Shown piece by piece: positions 49,660 through 63,720 of a DNA stretch of 64,000 nucleotides. The stretch's first letter is position 1; the number at the start of each line of letters is the position of its first letter. The DNA is from Iphione sp. A-MEVVRFRX5 (Eukaryota): assembly GCA_976226885.1 (NCBI GenBank), contig OZ320320.1, forward strand, positions 59,458,001-59,522,000, written 5' to 3'. Position numbers and translations under genes: made by a program. The notes under the pieces are model-generated. The model had not been told where the DNA came from. It saw only the letters and a list, made by a program, of their open reading frames with translations, and made no database searches.

Positions 49660-52600
49660 CAAAATTGTACAGAGATCGTGGGGAAGAAGAATTCAATGTT
49701 AAGTATATATGTTAAGGACTGACCGCAGTACCAAGTGCTATGTCTGGAGACCGGCCTCAGGGACGGTTCACCTTAGAATTAACGGTATCCTGTTGGAGGC
49801 GTTCCATTGTACTTTTTCTTCTATTTCTACTTTCTATATTTCTGTCTGTCTCTCTCTTTCTTCCTATCTATTTGCTTCGGTCTCTCTTTCTCTATCTCTT
49901 TCCTGCCATGGTTTCCACCTGATGCTGTTTTCCCTCTGATGAATAATTACGTGCAGTATCAAATTACGTCCATTGATGTGGGAGTCAGGCCCTCTGTATA
50001 CAGCGGATAGTCGCATAGGAAACCAAGCTTGAGACTGGATAATTTTGGTTTCTCCCCGAATTAATTACTGGTTACTGGTTGGGGTGACGTATTGGAGACG
50101 TCTGGGCCTTGCCGAATAGGCAGCCCAATGCAATAACGCAACAGCATGTGCAGTGTACCGAAGTGCACGTGCACTCACCCCCTCTTGCCAGGGTTACAGT
50201 GGACTGGGGTTCCCACCGGTGTGCTGCGCGTAGTCTTTGCCAGCCGAGGCTGGACTTGAGGTAGCTGGTGGTTCACTCGAAAGTCGAAGATTGCTGGCAT
50301 TGATCTGTACTTTTGGAAGCCTGCACACAACAACAAAACGGTTGTCCTCAGGGATCCCCCCCCCCTGGAACTATATTTAACGTTGGGCCGGGGGAAAATG
50401 ACAGCGGGCGAACTCCAACTTGGCCGAGAGAGACATGATAATGATTGACAGGTGTCAGCGCAGTGTGAGTGGATGTGCAACCAGGCGTGACGAATGCACG
50501 AGCACCCGTCACTCGCCCACCAGTCCAGTGCAACAGTGGTTGGGCTGACCACCGGCGTCTGCCTACACAAGAATTTGCTTCAACCGATGGGGGAACACCA
50601 CCAGGAAGTCTTCTGAATTATACATGACCAAAGTGACGAGTTTGCCAACTCACAGTCTTGTCACTCACCCCCCAGTACCAGGGTTACAGCAGGTGGGCAG
50701 CCTGCCGGTGTGCTGGACTATACGTGCTACAAACGTAAATGTTCATGAGTTAGGGACACCACCCCTTCCTCAGAACTGGCACCACTCAGTTTGGGTTACA
50801 GGCTGGTCAGACCAACGGCCCTGCCTATACGTTGTGCACAAGTAGGGATAGGGTTCCACTCACACTAGCACTAGACACCTACCTCTCAAAGCACGTCTGC
50901 TCCCTTCCAAGCCGAGGACCGTCCTGACCGAATTAATCTCCTCTGCCAGTTGATAACTGGTGTAGAAGTGCAACTGGGGACTGGACAATCGCTGTTCTAG
51001 CCTCTGAGTTGGTCTCTCCAGTGGATTAGTTTCAACTGGACTTCAATTCTTAGGTACATGACAAAACAAGAATGAAAGTTACCATGTGTTACAAATTGAT
51101 TTGTATGGGTGACATGAGGGGCTTAGGTGCTTAACATGACAAAGGGCCATTACCAACGGTATATGAGGAATGTATGGATCGCAACAATCCTTGACAACAG
51201 GCACCCTCATAACTTCATCTGACGCGTCAAATCTAATCATTAATGAATGTAAGCAGTTGTACATAGGTTCCAAACGTGAAAAAACGAGGAGGATGTATGT
51301 TAGGGGTATATATATATCTGTGTGTGTAGTATTTAACCAGAAAGAATTTAATTATGTAGATCTGACCACCATTTGATTGAGATACAGCTGGGAAGCGTAC
51401 GATAAATCATCAAATTCACCACAGGGAGGCAGCACTGTCTCTGGCTCTAAATGCGTAATGGTCTATTGTGGCAACTTTTATTCTTTCCGGAGTAATATTA
51501 AGACAGTTTGCATAAATTTTTTCCTCTTTTATCAGGGTGCCTTCCATTCCTTCCCACTTGCTTAATGGTCAGCAATTATGTTGAAGGACATAATGTTAAT
51601 CTAATTATGCAAATTATATGAGTACATTCATGGCCAAATAAGAGTTTAAACTTGATGTTCCTCTACTGTCCTATTCGAACGTTTAAAGGGCTCCTAATCC
51701 GCCGATCGCTGCGCGTTTGCACTACATGCTCTCACTTCCGTCATTTTCCTATTAGTCAACTGCCCTTCCACGGTAAACTGGCGTTGTATCTAATGGGGGA
51801 ATCGACCCTGTGTGACTGGTTATAGACATGCTAAAGGGATAAAATCTAATTCTGGTTAATTTGGAATGAGAATTGTATTGGTTCCTGAATTTACATAAGT
51901 CGGTGAAATGAGATATATATTGGCTATTGTTTTAAGTGTGACTTCTGATTTGTATTTTTTAGGATAAGAAAGAGTTGAATATTGAATGATAAAACAGTTT
52001 TGAACTGCATCTTTTGAGTTCAGTCGAAATGACAGTGCTTAGTTCACGGTATGATTAGAAAGGTTACTGTTAATATTTTTTATCTAATATAACGTTCTTG
52101 TGTGAGGACTGATGGGAATATAAATGTCTGGTTTGGAGAAATCGGGACAATCGGAGCTAGGTTAGGAAGGAGTACATGTATTGCTGTTCGTAGGAACACT
52201 ATTGGTCTCATGGTATCTTTCTTGGCTCGGTGGATTTGAAATATCTATAGCGGTGCCTCCTGGTGTACAAGGAATGAATCACTACTGTGTAAAATTCTCT
52301 CTATGTGAGCTTAAAGCTTGACTACTTCCCTTAACGACCGACATGATGGGATACACTCTACTTGTGTAGTTATCAGAAATGTTTAGAATAAACCGACAAT
52401 AATAAATGAAAGTCTCAATTGTTTTTCGCATGGGAATGTCCTGAAAAGGCTAAGAATACAGCATTGATTGGAAATAATTATATCAACCTTTCTAGAGGTG
52501 ATCTGTATGCCAGAATTTCGCGTTTTCTGGAGAGGAATAAAAGACAGGCAAAGGTCCGTTATCTTTCTGAGAATCACTGATGATTTTGATCCCAAGAGTG

Positions 52601-52739
52601 CATGCACTTGAGGCTCTCACACAGTGCCTAACTTCGCCTACCTCCTGCCCTACAATAAAACTAGCAGGTGGACAGGAAACCTGTCTATCGTATCTTATAC
52701 TGAAAGCCGAAAGCAAAGTAATGGAAGAATGTCTGCTTT

Positions 52740-52789
52740 ATGTTCAGAGTCTCTTTTAAACATTATGTTCAGAGTCTCTTATAAACATT
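52740..52789. repeat. 25-bp tandem duplication
   Basis: ATGTTCAGAGTCTCTT(T/A)TAAACATT x2, 24/25. Confidence 0.9.
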
Positions 52790-53642
52790 ATTCTTACACA
52801 GATATTCTCCAAAGTACAGAATCTTACGGTAGAAACTGGTTCAAAAAACTATTTTAAAAGATGCTGCCCACCGCCCTTCATCCGTCTAAGCATCAGACAC
52901 GAACTAGGTCATGGATGTGCATGTCTTTCACGTCAGGGATTTGTTTTTTGTCCTTTTATCATGGAGAGTTCTTTTCGTGTCGTGCATTTCAGGGAGATGG
53001 CCACCTAGATAACAACGAAACCACCAGATGGAGACACTGCATACACGAGGAAAAGTACATTCACATGTACATTTTAGAAACATGTTGTCACGAACAGAAA
53101 TAAATCACAGCTTTCAATAAATAAAGATACCGGCTCAAAATGTCTGCTCGTTAGACCGGCACACGAGTGGTAAGTAAACCAAAGAACCGGAATTCATTAA
53201 AATTGTCTTACTACAACAATCTTAGCTCGTCTATTTTTTCCAAATTGGAAGTAGCCAGATCTTCTCTGGATAATCGTTTGTATTAAATATCATAATGCCC
53301 TAGGCTGGACTCATGAAAAGAAGATTTGATATAAATCTCCCTTGTCTTTCCTATTTATGATGCACCAGTAAGGATAGCAGTCACACTGAAGGTCACGTGT
53401 CACAACTGCTCTACGAGATCTCAAATTTGACAGGTGTGAGGACAGTATTGCATCGTCTGTATGATGAATATAAGCAAAACACAGAAAATAAGTCACAACA
53501 TACCAAATTCACTATAAATAACTACTAAAACTCTAAATAAGTACTAAACTCGTTAAAAACCTAATACCAAGGGTAAAAGTAATCCGAATTGACAGTTCTT
53601 CCAATATAAGTTGCAAGTAAAATATACTGCGTGACAAATGCA

Positions 53643-53745
53643 TTAACCCTATCCAGGCGGGTGATGCCCTGGAGCATTCCCGGGTGAACGACGGGTGATG
53701 CCCACAAGCACTCCCGTGTGAAAGCCGGGTGATGCCCTGAGGCAT
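53643..53745 (+). mobile_element. piggyBac-like left end (TTAA|CCCT) with three 34-bp-period subterminal repeats
   Basis: TTAA at 53643-53646, then CCCTATCCAGG; CGGGTGATGCCC at 53658, 53692 and 53726; no matching right end found. Confidence 0.45.
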
Positions 53746-54459
53746 TATTTTGACTTTTAGTGGTTCTACAATGAATTACCATAGAAATAATTCATAAATT
53801 TTGATGGGATTTGGAGAAAATATCGAAAAATAGTCATACTTCTTTGTACTTTATACAGAAATAATGAATTCATGATAATTTCCCATTAAAACTGTCATAT
53901 TTCCATGGGTTTACATAGAAAACGACTGACAAATGAATTACATACCTGATAGCAAATTCCAAGTAATATTCTCATATAAATCCATATCTATGTTCTAAAA
54001 TTCCTTATAAGTGTATATCCATACTCCTTTTCCTATAGACAATTGAATAACATTATGTTAGAAGGCTTATAAGACCATGAATCGTCCGAGCGTACAAAAA
54101 TGACGTTATAATATAGTGCCGCCCTCTGTAGAGAAGCATCAAAATTAACGCCGGTGTAGGAGCATGACGTATCGTCAGGTGCCCTCGCGTATGTCCTTCA
54201 TTTCCTGACAGATCTCAAGACCATATAGTCGGGAGGGATTTACCTAAGACCCTTCACTGTACTGGGAGTAGCGACAATTGACTGAGCTTAAAAAACAGGG
54301 AGAGGAATGTGGACAGAGCATGTTGACACTACTGCTTATATTTGGCAAAGAATGGATAGAATGCCTTTTAATTATACATGTATCTCTTTCAGCGAACTTA
54401 GACCTATGTTGTCTGCAGAATTCGACCTGCTTTATTGAGGCCTGGTTTCCATTTATTCG

Positions 54460-54920
54460 GAAGGGTGTATGTGTGTGATCGTGCATAGATGTACATGTCA
54501 ATCTTATTGAAACAATGATTATCAGAGTGGGGTGTTCCATCCATGTGTAGACATGCATGTGTGTGACTGTGCATATAGGGTGTGTGGTTTGTTTTGGTAT
54601 ATGCTCGATAATTTTATGCACACACCTGCTATACGCATGTTCATGCACAGTGATTTCTTCATATTTCTTCATATTTCTTCACTTTTATTCACTTTTAGAC
54701 AGTACTACACAGTACGGCACAGTACCACACATTTTCACACAAATTGGTGGTTTTCTGGCGTTTTTCCAAATATTTTTGCTGTTTAGGCCTATTTTCCATT
54801 AAATTAATTTTGGTGTTTTTCAGCTAATTTTCAATGAAATAAGCTGCTTTTTAGGCTATTTTTGATGAAATTACTGGGTTTTTGTTACCCTTTTTGCCAT
54901 TTGGTTTTGTATTTTGGGCC
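54460..54920 (-). repeat. Copy C of the ~560-bp family
   Basis: ATGCTCGATAATTTTATGCACA (54601-54622) resembles copy A 1982-2003; CCTATTTTCCAT (~54788) is the inverse of ATGGAAAATAGG (5746-5757); ATTTCTTCATATTT is the inverse of copy B AAATATGAAGAAAT. Confidence 0.7.
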
Positions 54921-55017
54921 TCATTTATGCACTTTCACACACTGAGCACACAACTGTACGTTGCCTTCCAGAAAAATAATTCCACATGGCCATGCACCCC
55001 GACGCCTTCCGCACCCT

Positions 55018-55113
55018 TCCACAGATGTGGAAACCGGGCCTAACGTCAAAGGCCCTGGGTCCCAAATACCCAGAATCGCAACTGTCACTGTAACTGCTAT
55101 ATATCGCCCAGCC
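55018..55113 (+). mobile_element. LINE AP-endonuclease fragment (CR1/L2-like)
   Basis: Single frame STDVETGPNVKGPGSQIPRIATVTVTAIYRPA**, matching D.E..WV..P..LPR....V.AVYRPP. Confidence 0.45.
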
Positions 55114-57973
55114 TAATGATGGCGAGGTGCTGTACGGGTTGCGAGTGACGGCGAAACACGCAGTTAACCCCCTCCCATCTTTCAAGCCTATAAAATAAAA
55201 AAAAAAACACGCACCACCTAAATTGTCGAATGATATTTATTGGTGAACTACAAGGCTTGTCATTTCATATCATAAGCCCTCAACGAGTAATGACACGTGG
55301 ATGCTGTTCTAACCACACAGACCGAGAAGTTACTCAACAAGTATGCACAGTGTTGTTAATGGTGCTGCTAGGAGCTTTCGTTCTTTCTTCGGAGCGACAC
55401 GTAAACCACCTTCTTTTTGCGTGTGTTCTATCCCTTCCAAGTATGTTTTAGATGCATCTGCACACGGCTCTGGAACTATGAAAAAAGGTACACAAGCTGA
55501 AGGATAGGTTGCATTGCAAATCCCCTCTACGCTAACCTGGACGACACAGAATGTTAGTGAAACATTCTTTCTAATCAACCCTGCTGTGATAAGGCGCTTT
55601 CTCACGCGGTACTCACAAAAGCATATGTATATATCACAAACACAGCTCTAAGGTTGAGGTCCTCTAGGGACATCTCCGCGGTCCAGTCTCACATATCACC
55701 TACACTTGCCAATCTTTCACAGTTCACCTTGAAGGGGTGTGCCGCTACGCACCCATTCATGAAGTGAGAGACGTAAAGGACCTTAGTCTACTGAACGTCC
55801 ACTGAGAACATCATCAAATCCTCGCCTTAATGGCCAAGCCAAGCTGACGTTATACGTATGGCGCTTCTATTTGTAATAACTCTTTTAGGAATGTACAGCG
55901 TGTGGGATGAAGAGCTAATTCACATTCTTCCTTTTATCTATATCATATCCTTGAACCATCCTTCTAGTTCACTAGTTTTCTGTCCTTAGTGGCCCTGACT
56001 CCACCACGCACCACCTAACTTGGGTATACATCTTACAGAATGTGCAGCATCATTGACCAGGCTCCAATAAGGAACAACATGCAGTTTCTATGGACCTACT
56101 TCCATGCTAGTTTTCATTGTAGTATTCTCCAAAAATTACAAAGTAGAAATATTAGTGAGTGTACTTGATAAAACATCAGTGGGATGAGATTTTTGTTGAG
56201 AAATCAGACGTAAAGGAACTGTGATAACCTAATGCCACCTGCTGTGATGTTAGTAAAGACATTTAAATGCAGAACCTCCGCATTTGGTGAATTAGAGTAT
56301 AAATATGTCTTTGGAAAATTACACTGCAGACTGTAATTGTACAATCAATTTGTACTATTTTAAGTCTGTATATACTCATAAACTATAAGATTACGAATTT
56401 ATTTCTTCGTCAAAACCGAATGCATAGAAACTAGCAAAAATTATACGGTGCAAATGTACTCCCTAGTACCTGTCGGTACCATACGGAGCGGCGTATGTAT
56501 GTTTCCTTATATCTTCCCTACCGCCACTTCAATATGTCTAAAGCAGAACGTACATGCGTAACTACAAATGTACGCATGGTTTATATGGCGGTGGGCATGA
56601 ACACCCACTCTACAGGAGTTCTCACTCGTCAGGCAACAAAAGTAATTTCCGTTCTGGCACAATGTCAAGCGTTGGCCATGAGAACATGAGACAGGATATA
56701 CATTCACTATAATCCCACTCAAGTAAGACGTTTGTCGCACAGGTTATGGACTTGCGGAGTTGAATGCGGTAATATGAGCAACCGATCTGGCAGGTTGTGA
56801 GAGGTGTTCAAGCCCCTCGGAAAGTCCCATTCGAGCTCCTATCACAAGCACATCCTCAACGAGGAGATACTATCGTGGATGCATAAATATAATTGTTATA
56901 GATAAAGCTACCTTTGCGGTCATCGTATGGCACGTGTATCAGTTAACGCGCAACTGCCAGCAGTACATATTTGTAACCGTGGACACCTGTATACACATGT
57001 ATTGTATGATGTTGGCTGATCGACCCCTCGCGACCTTGAGTTGGTTCCACTCCAGTAGCGTTGTTCGAGTCAATGCTCTCCCCTACACACACAGACACAA
57101 TCACCCACACCGAGACCGCCCCGAAAAACGGGGGTTTAATACTACCCCTACGGTGATGCCCTGTGACCTGACAAGATATAGCCATACACTGCGCTATGTT
57201 TTGCTCGGTCTATGAAATTGTAACTTTGAACGCCTCCAGATTTTGCCAAATCCCTCAAAGAGCGTTCCGTTTTAGTTCGGTCCTATTCGATGATCGTTGT
57301 GGGAATTTTCAGGTTACCCGTGGTCGTGTTATCCGTGCATATCGCTTGTTTTGTGCCGACACGGGCAGTTTGGGTATTTTCACCTGTTACAGTGGCCTAG
57401 TGGACAACATGGCGTATTTACCTAAAAAACGATGTGGAAGTTCAATGAAGCAGAAACCAAGAGAATGATATGTGTCGGTAATAAAGCAGGATGGGTCTTT
57501 TTATTATGATAATTGAAGTATGAGGCCTTTATTGTGAAGATTTCTTGTGAAAAATAACAGAGGTCTTAATTACAATATCAAGAGTACATTACAGGTAAAT
57601 ACACAATGTCGTGGAAAGGCATAGTGGTGTGAAAGATCAATGAAGTTTTACTTGCCAAAGCAAAGATCTGTCTTAATGTGTTAGCATGTCTAACAATGAT
57701 TATTTCCGGCTTTGACTGGGAAACTACAAAGAATGTGAACGAGACACACATTGATTAAGTCTTTTCAGCACAAAAACGTGTTGTACAACAGCGACATCAA
57801 TTCTAACAGAAATATGCAGGAAATACACAATCAATGATATTCCGATGATATATTCTAGGTCATTCGAAGAGTCTTGTACAAGGAGCAGCCAAATAATTTG
57901 TGCAAATTAATCTACAGCTGGAAGCTGTGGACACAATGATAATCTTTACACTTCTGACGTTGCAAAATATTTA

Positions 57974-58049
57974 CAGTGGAATCCCTTCATCTGGACACCT
58001 TCTAATTTAGACATCTTACATTCTAGACAGTCCAGAGAGAGAACCACTG
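57974..58049. mobile_element. Possible short pogo-like MITE remnant
   Basis: TA|CAGTGGAATCCC..CTGGACACC ... CCACTG; 6-bp inverted ends; the right flank is not TA. Confidence 0.35.
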
Positions 58050-59968
58050 TCTCTAAATCCAAGCTTAAATACACCTGCTGTTCCTGACATCCTACTTTAT
58101 GGATGGTTTGGTCAGTCCTTTTGCTTTCCGTATGAGACAGATTCTAATGTATAATATTTTTCATATTCAGGAATATAACAGTAAGCAGTCGTGTACATGT
58201 TAATGGTTCTACTTACATTCCCTCCTCTTAGGCCCACTCTTGATGCTAGACCTTGCACAGATATGTAGTGCTGCTGGGAACGGCTGTTTTAAATAAATGC
58301 TGCTTTCAATTCTTTGTTTTATGGAACATCAATTGACCCTTCGCCGGCGGCTAAACCAACCCAGTGCAGTTACATAAAGCTCATGGAAATGGTGCATTTT
58401 GACTGTATGAATACCCTTTCCGATGTCAGATATAGCAAAAAAGCACTGCTTTGTAATGGGTTGGCTGACCCCCCCCCCCCCCAGTGAGACCTCAATTGGT
58501 CGGAAACTAGCTAGTATTTGCTTATAAAATATGTATTCCTGTTTTCTTTTTCACTGGTTGGATCTTTGTCATTCATGAATCAATTACTTTAGAGAATTGA
58601 GTACTTGTGTCTCCATAGTTTATCTGGAGTTTTCTTGCCAACTTGCACAAAGACAATGTATAGTTGCACTACTTGGTATCAAACAATAAGCAACAGTCAA
58701 TACCAGAAAAAGAGACTGTTGGTCCCTTTAGAAACAGCATATGTGATCAGGTCCCAAACAACAAAGACGGAGACAGTCCATTTGTGTGCATGAGAATTAA
58801 TCAAAATTGCAACTGCGCTTTTTTATGAAGGACTTAAGCCTGAATGTAGCACACTTTTTGAGTTGAAGCTCTGATCAAACTAATCTATTCAATAGTGTAA
58901 GGCCCCCTTGCCTAGCAATTGACAGCGAATCTCTGTTTACAAATCAGTCCTTACTACTGTCAAAACTAGAACCAGGACAACCCTTTTGGGGAGGAAAGAG
59001 AGACACAGAAAAGTGGATTATATGTTTGTTTGTAAACTCCTGCCATTGCGGATAATCCTTGCTGTGGAAAGGTTTTGTGGCAGTCCCTGTGTTATCTGGA
59101 ACAGACTTAGGGTTCAGGATCGGACTGCCCAGATTGTAACATCGTCATGAACATTTGCATTTTGTGAGCCATTCCTTCACTTGTCGACTACAAGTTAACA
59201 TCTATGTATGTGTTTCAGGTAGAAGTGCGCGATCTGTTTTTTAATCACGAGCATCTAGTACGAGTGTGACAGGTACGACCTCTTATTTGAAGTAAACATC
59301 TGTTCATATCTCTTCTGTAAGCTGGACATAGAAATTAAAATTCACTTTCAAGAACGAATATCAGAGACATATTGATGCCACAAAACATACGATTGCAGAG
59401 AGCTTTCTTGATCTCAACATTATTTAAGATCTTATAACTGATTTGAACACAGCTGCACTGTACCGACTGTCACAGTGATATTAACAATTAAGTGGTCAAG
59501 CAGCATTCCGGCAAGCATTTCAAAAGCAATTTTCTTCTCCTGAGAGCCGTCAAGATTTTACCTCTTCGTATTAATGTGAAATCTAATGTTAAAAAGTTAT
59601 CATGGGGAAATCATACCCCAATTGTTTGATAAGCCTGTTATAGTCGTACTCAAGTTATATTACCCTAACCTCGTTGTCTGACAGCCCTCTGCTGTAATGC
59701 CGTCATTTGCGTCTGCTTTGAACAGTGGCATGCGCTTAGCGAAGAGGGCACACACAAATAGGTTTACGCCAACCTTGGTGCAACTTTGTATGTCGAACCT
59801 CCATACTTGGCTCACATTTTAATGGTTGTACCAGTGTTAAGTGTATTTTAAGGGAGTGTCATTGTAAAAGCGAATCACAAATTCGGTTCTCAATACAAAC
59901 ATCAGCAGTACCTTGGAGACTACAAAATAACTATATTACATATAATTGTAAGGACACAGGATATGGTA

Positions 59969-60188
59969 GGGAAATGGTGGGTAATTTGGACCAGTGGGTA
60001 AATTGGACTACATCAACTCTGATTTTCTGGCAAGGAAGGAATATGAGCACCATTCAACAACAAGTGGTAGAACTACACAATGCCTCACCACTAAAATATG
60101 GTGGCTTCAAAAGATTATATGCCAAGCTGAGAAACATTATTGGTTTTACATATCACTGATCTAATTTTATCAATTATATTTGGCAATG
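59969..60188 (+). mobile_element. Truncated copy (left 220 bp) of the 31894-33221 element
   Basis: Collinear with 31894-32116 at roughly 85% by eye; TA at 59967-59968; ends abruptly at TTGGCAATG. Confidence 0.92.
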
Positions 60189-60216
60189 AGCTGATAACCT
60201 AGAGCTGATAACCTAG
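60189..60216. repeat. 14-bp perfect tandem duplication at the truncation point
   Basis: AGCTGATAACCTAG x2. Confidence 0.92.
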
Positions 60217-60546
60217 ATTACAGCTGTTACTCAAGGTATCCTCATACTAGATGTTACTATCGCTACACAATAGAAACGGAAACTAAACGACCATACAAAC
60301 CAAAATCTAACTACAATGATTGTCCATTTATTTGCATCTGGAAGCCAACACCTCGGTCATTGCTGCTATCCGTACCAAGACTATCGCCTTGATTGCAACA
60401 GTTCAGATAGGTATAGTAGAAAACCTCTAATCAATGCGGCCACACAAGAGACTAACCAATAATTCTGCCTTTCATGGAAGATTGCTCTAATTATCTGGTT
60501 CCTTCTTATAAATATTATATAGTCAAGGGAGAAGGAAAATTATCAC

Positions 60547-60578
60547 TAATTCTGGGTTTCCCTCCTAGTTGAGTTCCC
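60547..60578. repeat. 32-bp dispersed repeat, copy 2
   Basis: Matches 20787-20818 (29/32). Confidence 0.85.
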
Positions 60579-63254
60579 CACATGGCAAGTTGCCAGTGTA
60601 ATCTCTGCGGCATGTCAGCCACCTTCACATCAGTCACCCTCACACAGGAAGACACATGTGAACAATAGATCACACCCTTGATCTTGTTAGTTAATCAGTG
60701 TATTCCTGATGGTTTTCCAGAGCAGGACACACCAGCCCCGACTCTGTACATCCACAAATAGCTTTGAATTGTGACAATAAATGAAGTTCTTTGGAGTTGT
60801 ACACCAGAGACTTGCGCACCAGCTACCGTGACGCCTAGATAGAAACGAACGACAGCTTTGATCCGTATTTACGCAGGCTTTTTCAATTTCATGACAGTAC
60901 CTCACACAACAACCAGCAGTCTTTTTTGGTTGGTTAAAATCGGGTGTTCTGAGTTGAACATAAGAGCCTCACACATTAGCTGTCACTTAACATATTTAGC
61001 CAAACCACAGCCGTGAACACAGATCATCACCTTGACCTCTTGATTACCCTTGGTATTCCCAGCTGTGAATCGGTATCATACAGACCAGCCACTATCCTAT
61101 TCACATACCTACAGACAAAACACAGAGCTTTTTACCACTACAGTTAACCCATTGATTCTCAGCTATTTATCAGTTTCTGACTTAGCTGTCACCTATATAT
61201 ATACACACACACTCACAAACACAAAGGCCGTCGCGTTTAACAAAAATAAAACTCTAAAATGGTGTTACATATCCAGCCAACTGCGGTGAAACGGTTCTGA
61301 ACCATCCTCTCCCGCCCACTCAACCCCCACCCCCACCACCCGCCAGACATGTCTCCGGTAACCGCCTTTGCCACTGTAAATATCCCCCCGGTAGGTGGCG
61401 TCTGCGAGAAAGAACCAATCCCGCAGACATACGGGGATCCAGGCTGTTCTTTCTGGCAGAATTATGGCGCGGCGGGGCGGGGGGGGGGAGGAGGGGTCAT
61501 GTCGTTTTGTGTCAATAAACAACACAAATGATCCCAGCGGAACGCTCTGTCCAGGTGCCAAGTAAGAGTGGGGCCCAATTCAAAAGAGGAGTAGCAGGAG
61601 GCACCATGATACCAATATTGATTAAGAACCACGGACGTCAGGTGGAGCAGAACGGGATGACAAAGGGAAGAGTCTCACTTGTGCAGATGCATAAGTGCTT
61701 TCTGAGTGTGTAAACTATCGTATGGAAGACTTTAGTCTGGTGAGAAATAGGGAAGGCTCCCATGTACATATATAATTTATCGTGTTCTCAGTCAGATTGT
61801 CCTTCGGGAAGAAATAAAGAAACATTCATGCAGACGGATCTGGTTCACACAATGTATAAAATGTACAGGTGTCTGTCTATTCAGTCTCTTCATCCCTTAT
61901 AAATGTCTGCCCTAGTGGCTTTCATAAGAAAAAACATATTCCACAATTTTAAAATATTGTGCAAGACATGATCTGGAGTTCCCAGCTAGATTGCCAGATC
62001 AAGTTCTGCCGGAGTGCTACTCCGTGGATGGGCAAGCCGCCCAATCACCACAATAAGATCATAATCATTACCATTATCATAATTATTCATCATTAAACAT
62101 CTCTCAGGATCGCAGTATATGATGATAAACAGTAATAATGCATAAAAATCTCACATCAAATCATTGTAATTTATTGCTCTCTGATACATGATGAGAATGT
62201 AACACCTTAAAGGTGGTAAGATAATTGTATTATGAGACCACTAATGAAGCCAGACGTGATACGTATACATCACTTACAATGCAGAATTAATGTCGTGGTG
62301 ATATTATGCAATTATCATGTATGTAGGGTAACCTTACTTTGTTTCAATCATTTCAAAAAGATAATGTGTGATACCATGAGTATGAAACGGAATTGACTAA
62401 CTCATTGACTAGAGTTTCAATCCTATCAATGTGTCATAGTCTCCATTATTTCAATGATGTCTGTATAATCTAATAATTGTGTATTGTGTCATGACAAAGA
62501 CAACGGTACTTTTATTGTACAAACGTTCATATGTGAAATCATTAATTCTATTATATTTCTTTTATCAAATTGTTCTTCCTTGATAACACTATGATCCAAT
62601 ATGTAATCTTCGTGTTAAGATGATGGTAATTGTGTGGGACAAATGTTCCTATCTGATACGCTCATTTGATTTTAGACGTTTTCATTTCTTTTTCACTATA
62701 TACTACCATAAAGCTTTTTCAGCAATATAATTTGATTTCTTTAATTGATCTAAAAGGGCAAAATTTCACTGAACGAATAAAAGAAAATGCATATATATGT
62801 ACGCATAAACGTATGTGGACACATATGTATATATATGCATTTATTATGTAAACATGTATATGAGAGCAGGATGATTTGTGCCTTGGTCAATTCACATCAT
62901 GGCCCACTGTCACTACTTCATCGTTGTACTTACTAATCAAATTCATTTAATATTCTGGCCAATATGTCCGCCATATTTCCAACGAATTTACGAAGAAGTT
63001 ACGCAGATTTGATGGCATTTGAGGAATGTCTTCAGGTGGGAAGGTATTTGTGTAGTATATATGTCCTTGTGTGTCTCCGTAAACAGATTAGACAGTGTTG
63101 AAGTAACATCTTGGACCATGTAAAGGTTTATTGTAATGATTCCGGCGTGTGTCCTTAAGGAAGATATCCTTTTATGCCGGAATGTTAGCAGCAACACTCC
63201 CTATAAACATATATACATACAAAGAATGTCGTCAATGCTTACTTACGTTTAAAA

Positions 63255-63720
63255 CAGTTATGGACAGAAGATGTACCTTTGGCGAAAAGAAAAACTTACC
63301 ATTGCATGACTGAATGTAAGAAGGTCATGCTGAAAATGGGACTTCCAATAGCACCGACCTCTAGTGAGGGAGGGCCTCAAGGGAAGGTGTGTGGGGTGGA
63401 CCATGAGGGAGAGGGGATAAAACTGTAACGGGACTAGGTAGAAAGTGGAAATAGAATGAACAACACAGGAGACTTGGACTGGTGGTGATACACACTGCAA
63501 ACGTACACAATATGATATGATAATGAGCATACACCTCATGAAAGTAGACCTCCTCTGGATCTCACTTTCAGGGGCAGATGCTGCATACAAGTTGTTATAG
63601 AGTAATAGGTCGGGATGTGCATTCGATACAGGTGGTGGCCGTGCTACTTACTAGTGAAAGTTGCCAGAAAATAAGAGACACATTTAACATCGTACGAATT
63701 TCAGCTGGAAAAAGAGGACG
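63255..63720 (+). mobile_element. DIRS/Ngaro-type RT-RNase H relic
   Basis: One frame gives TEDVPLAKRKTYHC..KMGLPIAPTSSEGGPQGKVCGVD, then GDLDWW (63471-63485); frameshifted GSHFQGQ follows. Compare LDDF....C..LGVPVAPEKTEGP..FLGIELD, DLxWW and GAYFQG.W. Internally deleted. Confidence 0.45.

Noticed and set aside
50162-50175. 14-bp palindrome AGTGCACGTGCACT (contains an E-box)
   Set aside because: Several palindromes of this length are expected by chance in 64 kb.
52465-52650. IDWK*LY / FRVF / SCP resembling the Tx1/L1 zf-RVT region
   Set aside because: It needs frameshifts and lacks the second Cys; near chance level.
55430-55600. AGLIRK..PFFIVP resembling a Gypsy RT N-terminus
   Set aside because: Spacing is wrong and no downstream RT motifs follow.
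57700-57760. GFDWE resembling a Penelope GIY-YIG C-terminus
   Set aside because: A single 4-5 residue motif.
58985-59030. RKVDYMFV resembling the APE C-terminal IDYIF motif
   Set aside because: Isolated; no SDH or GDFN motif nearby.
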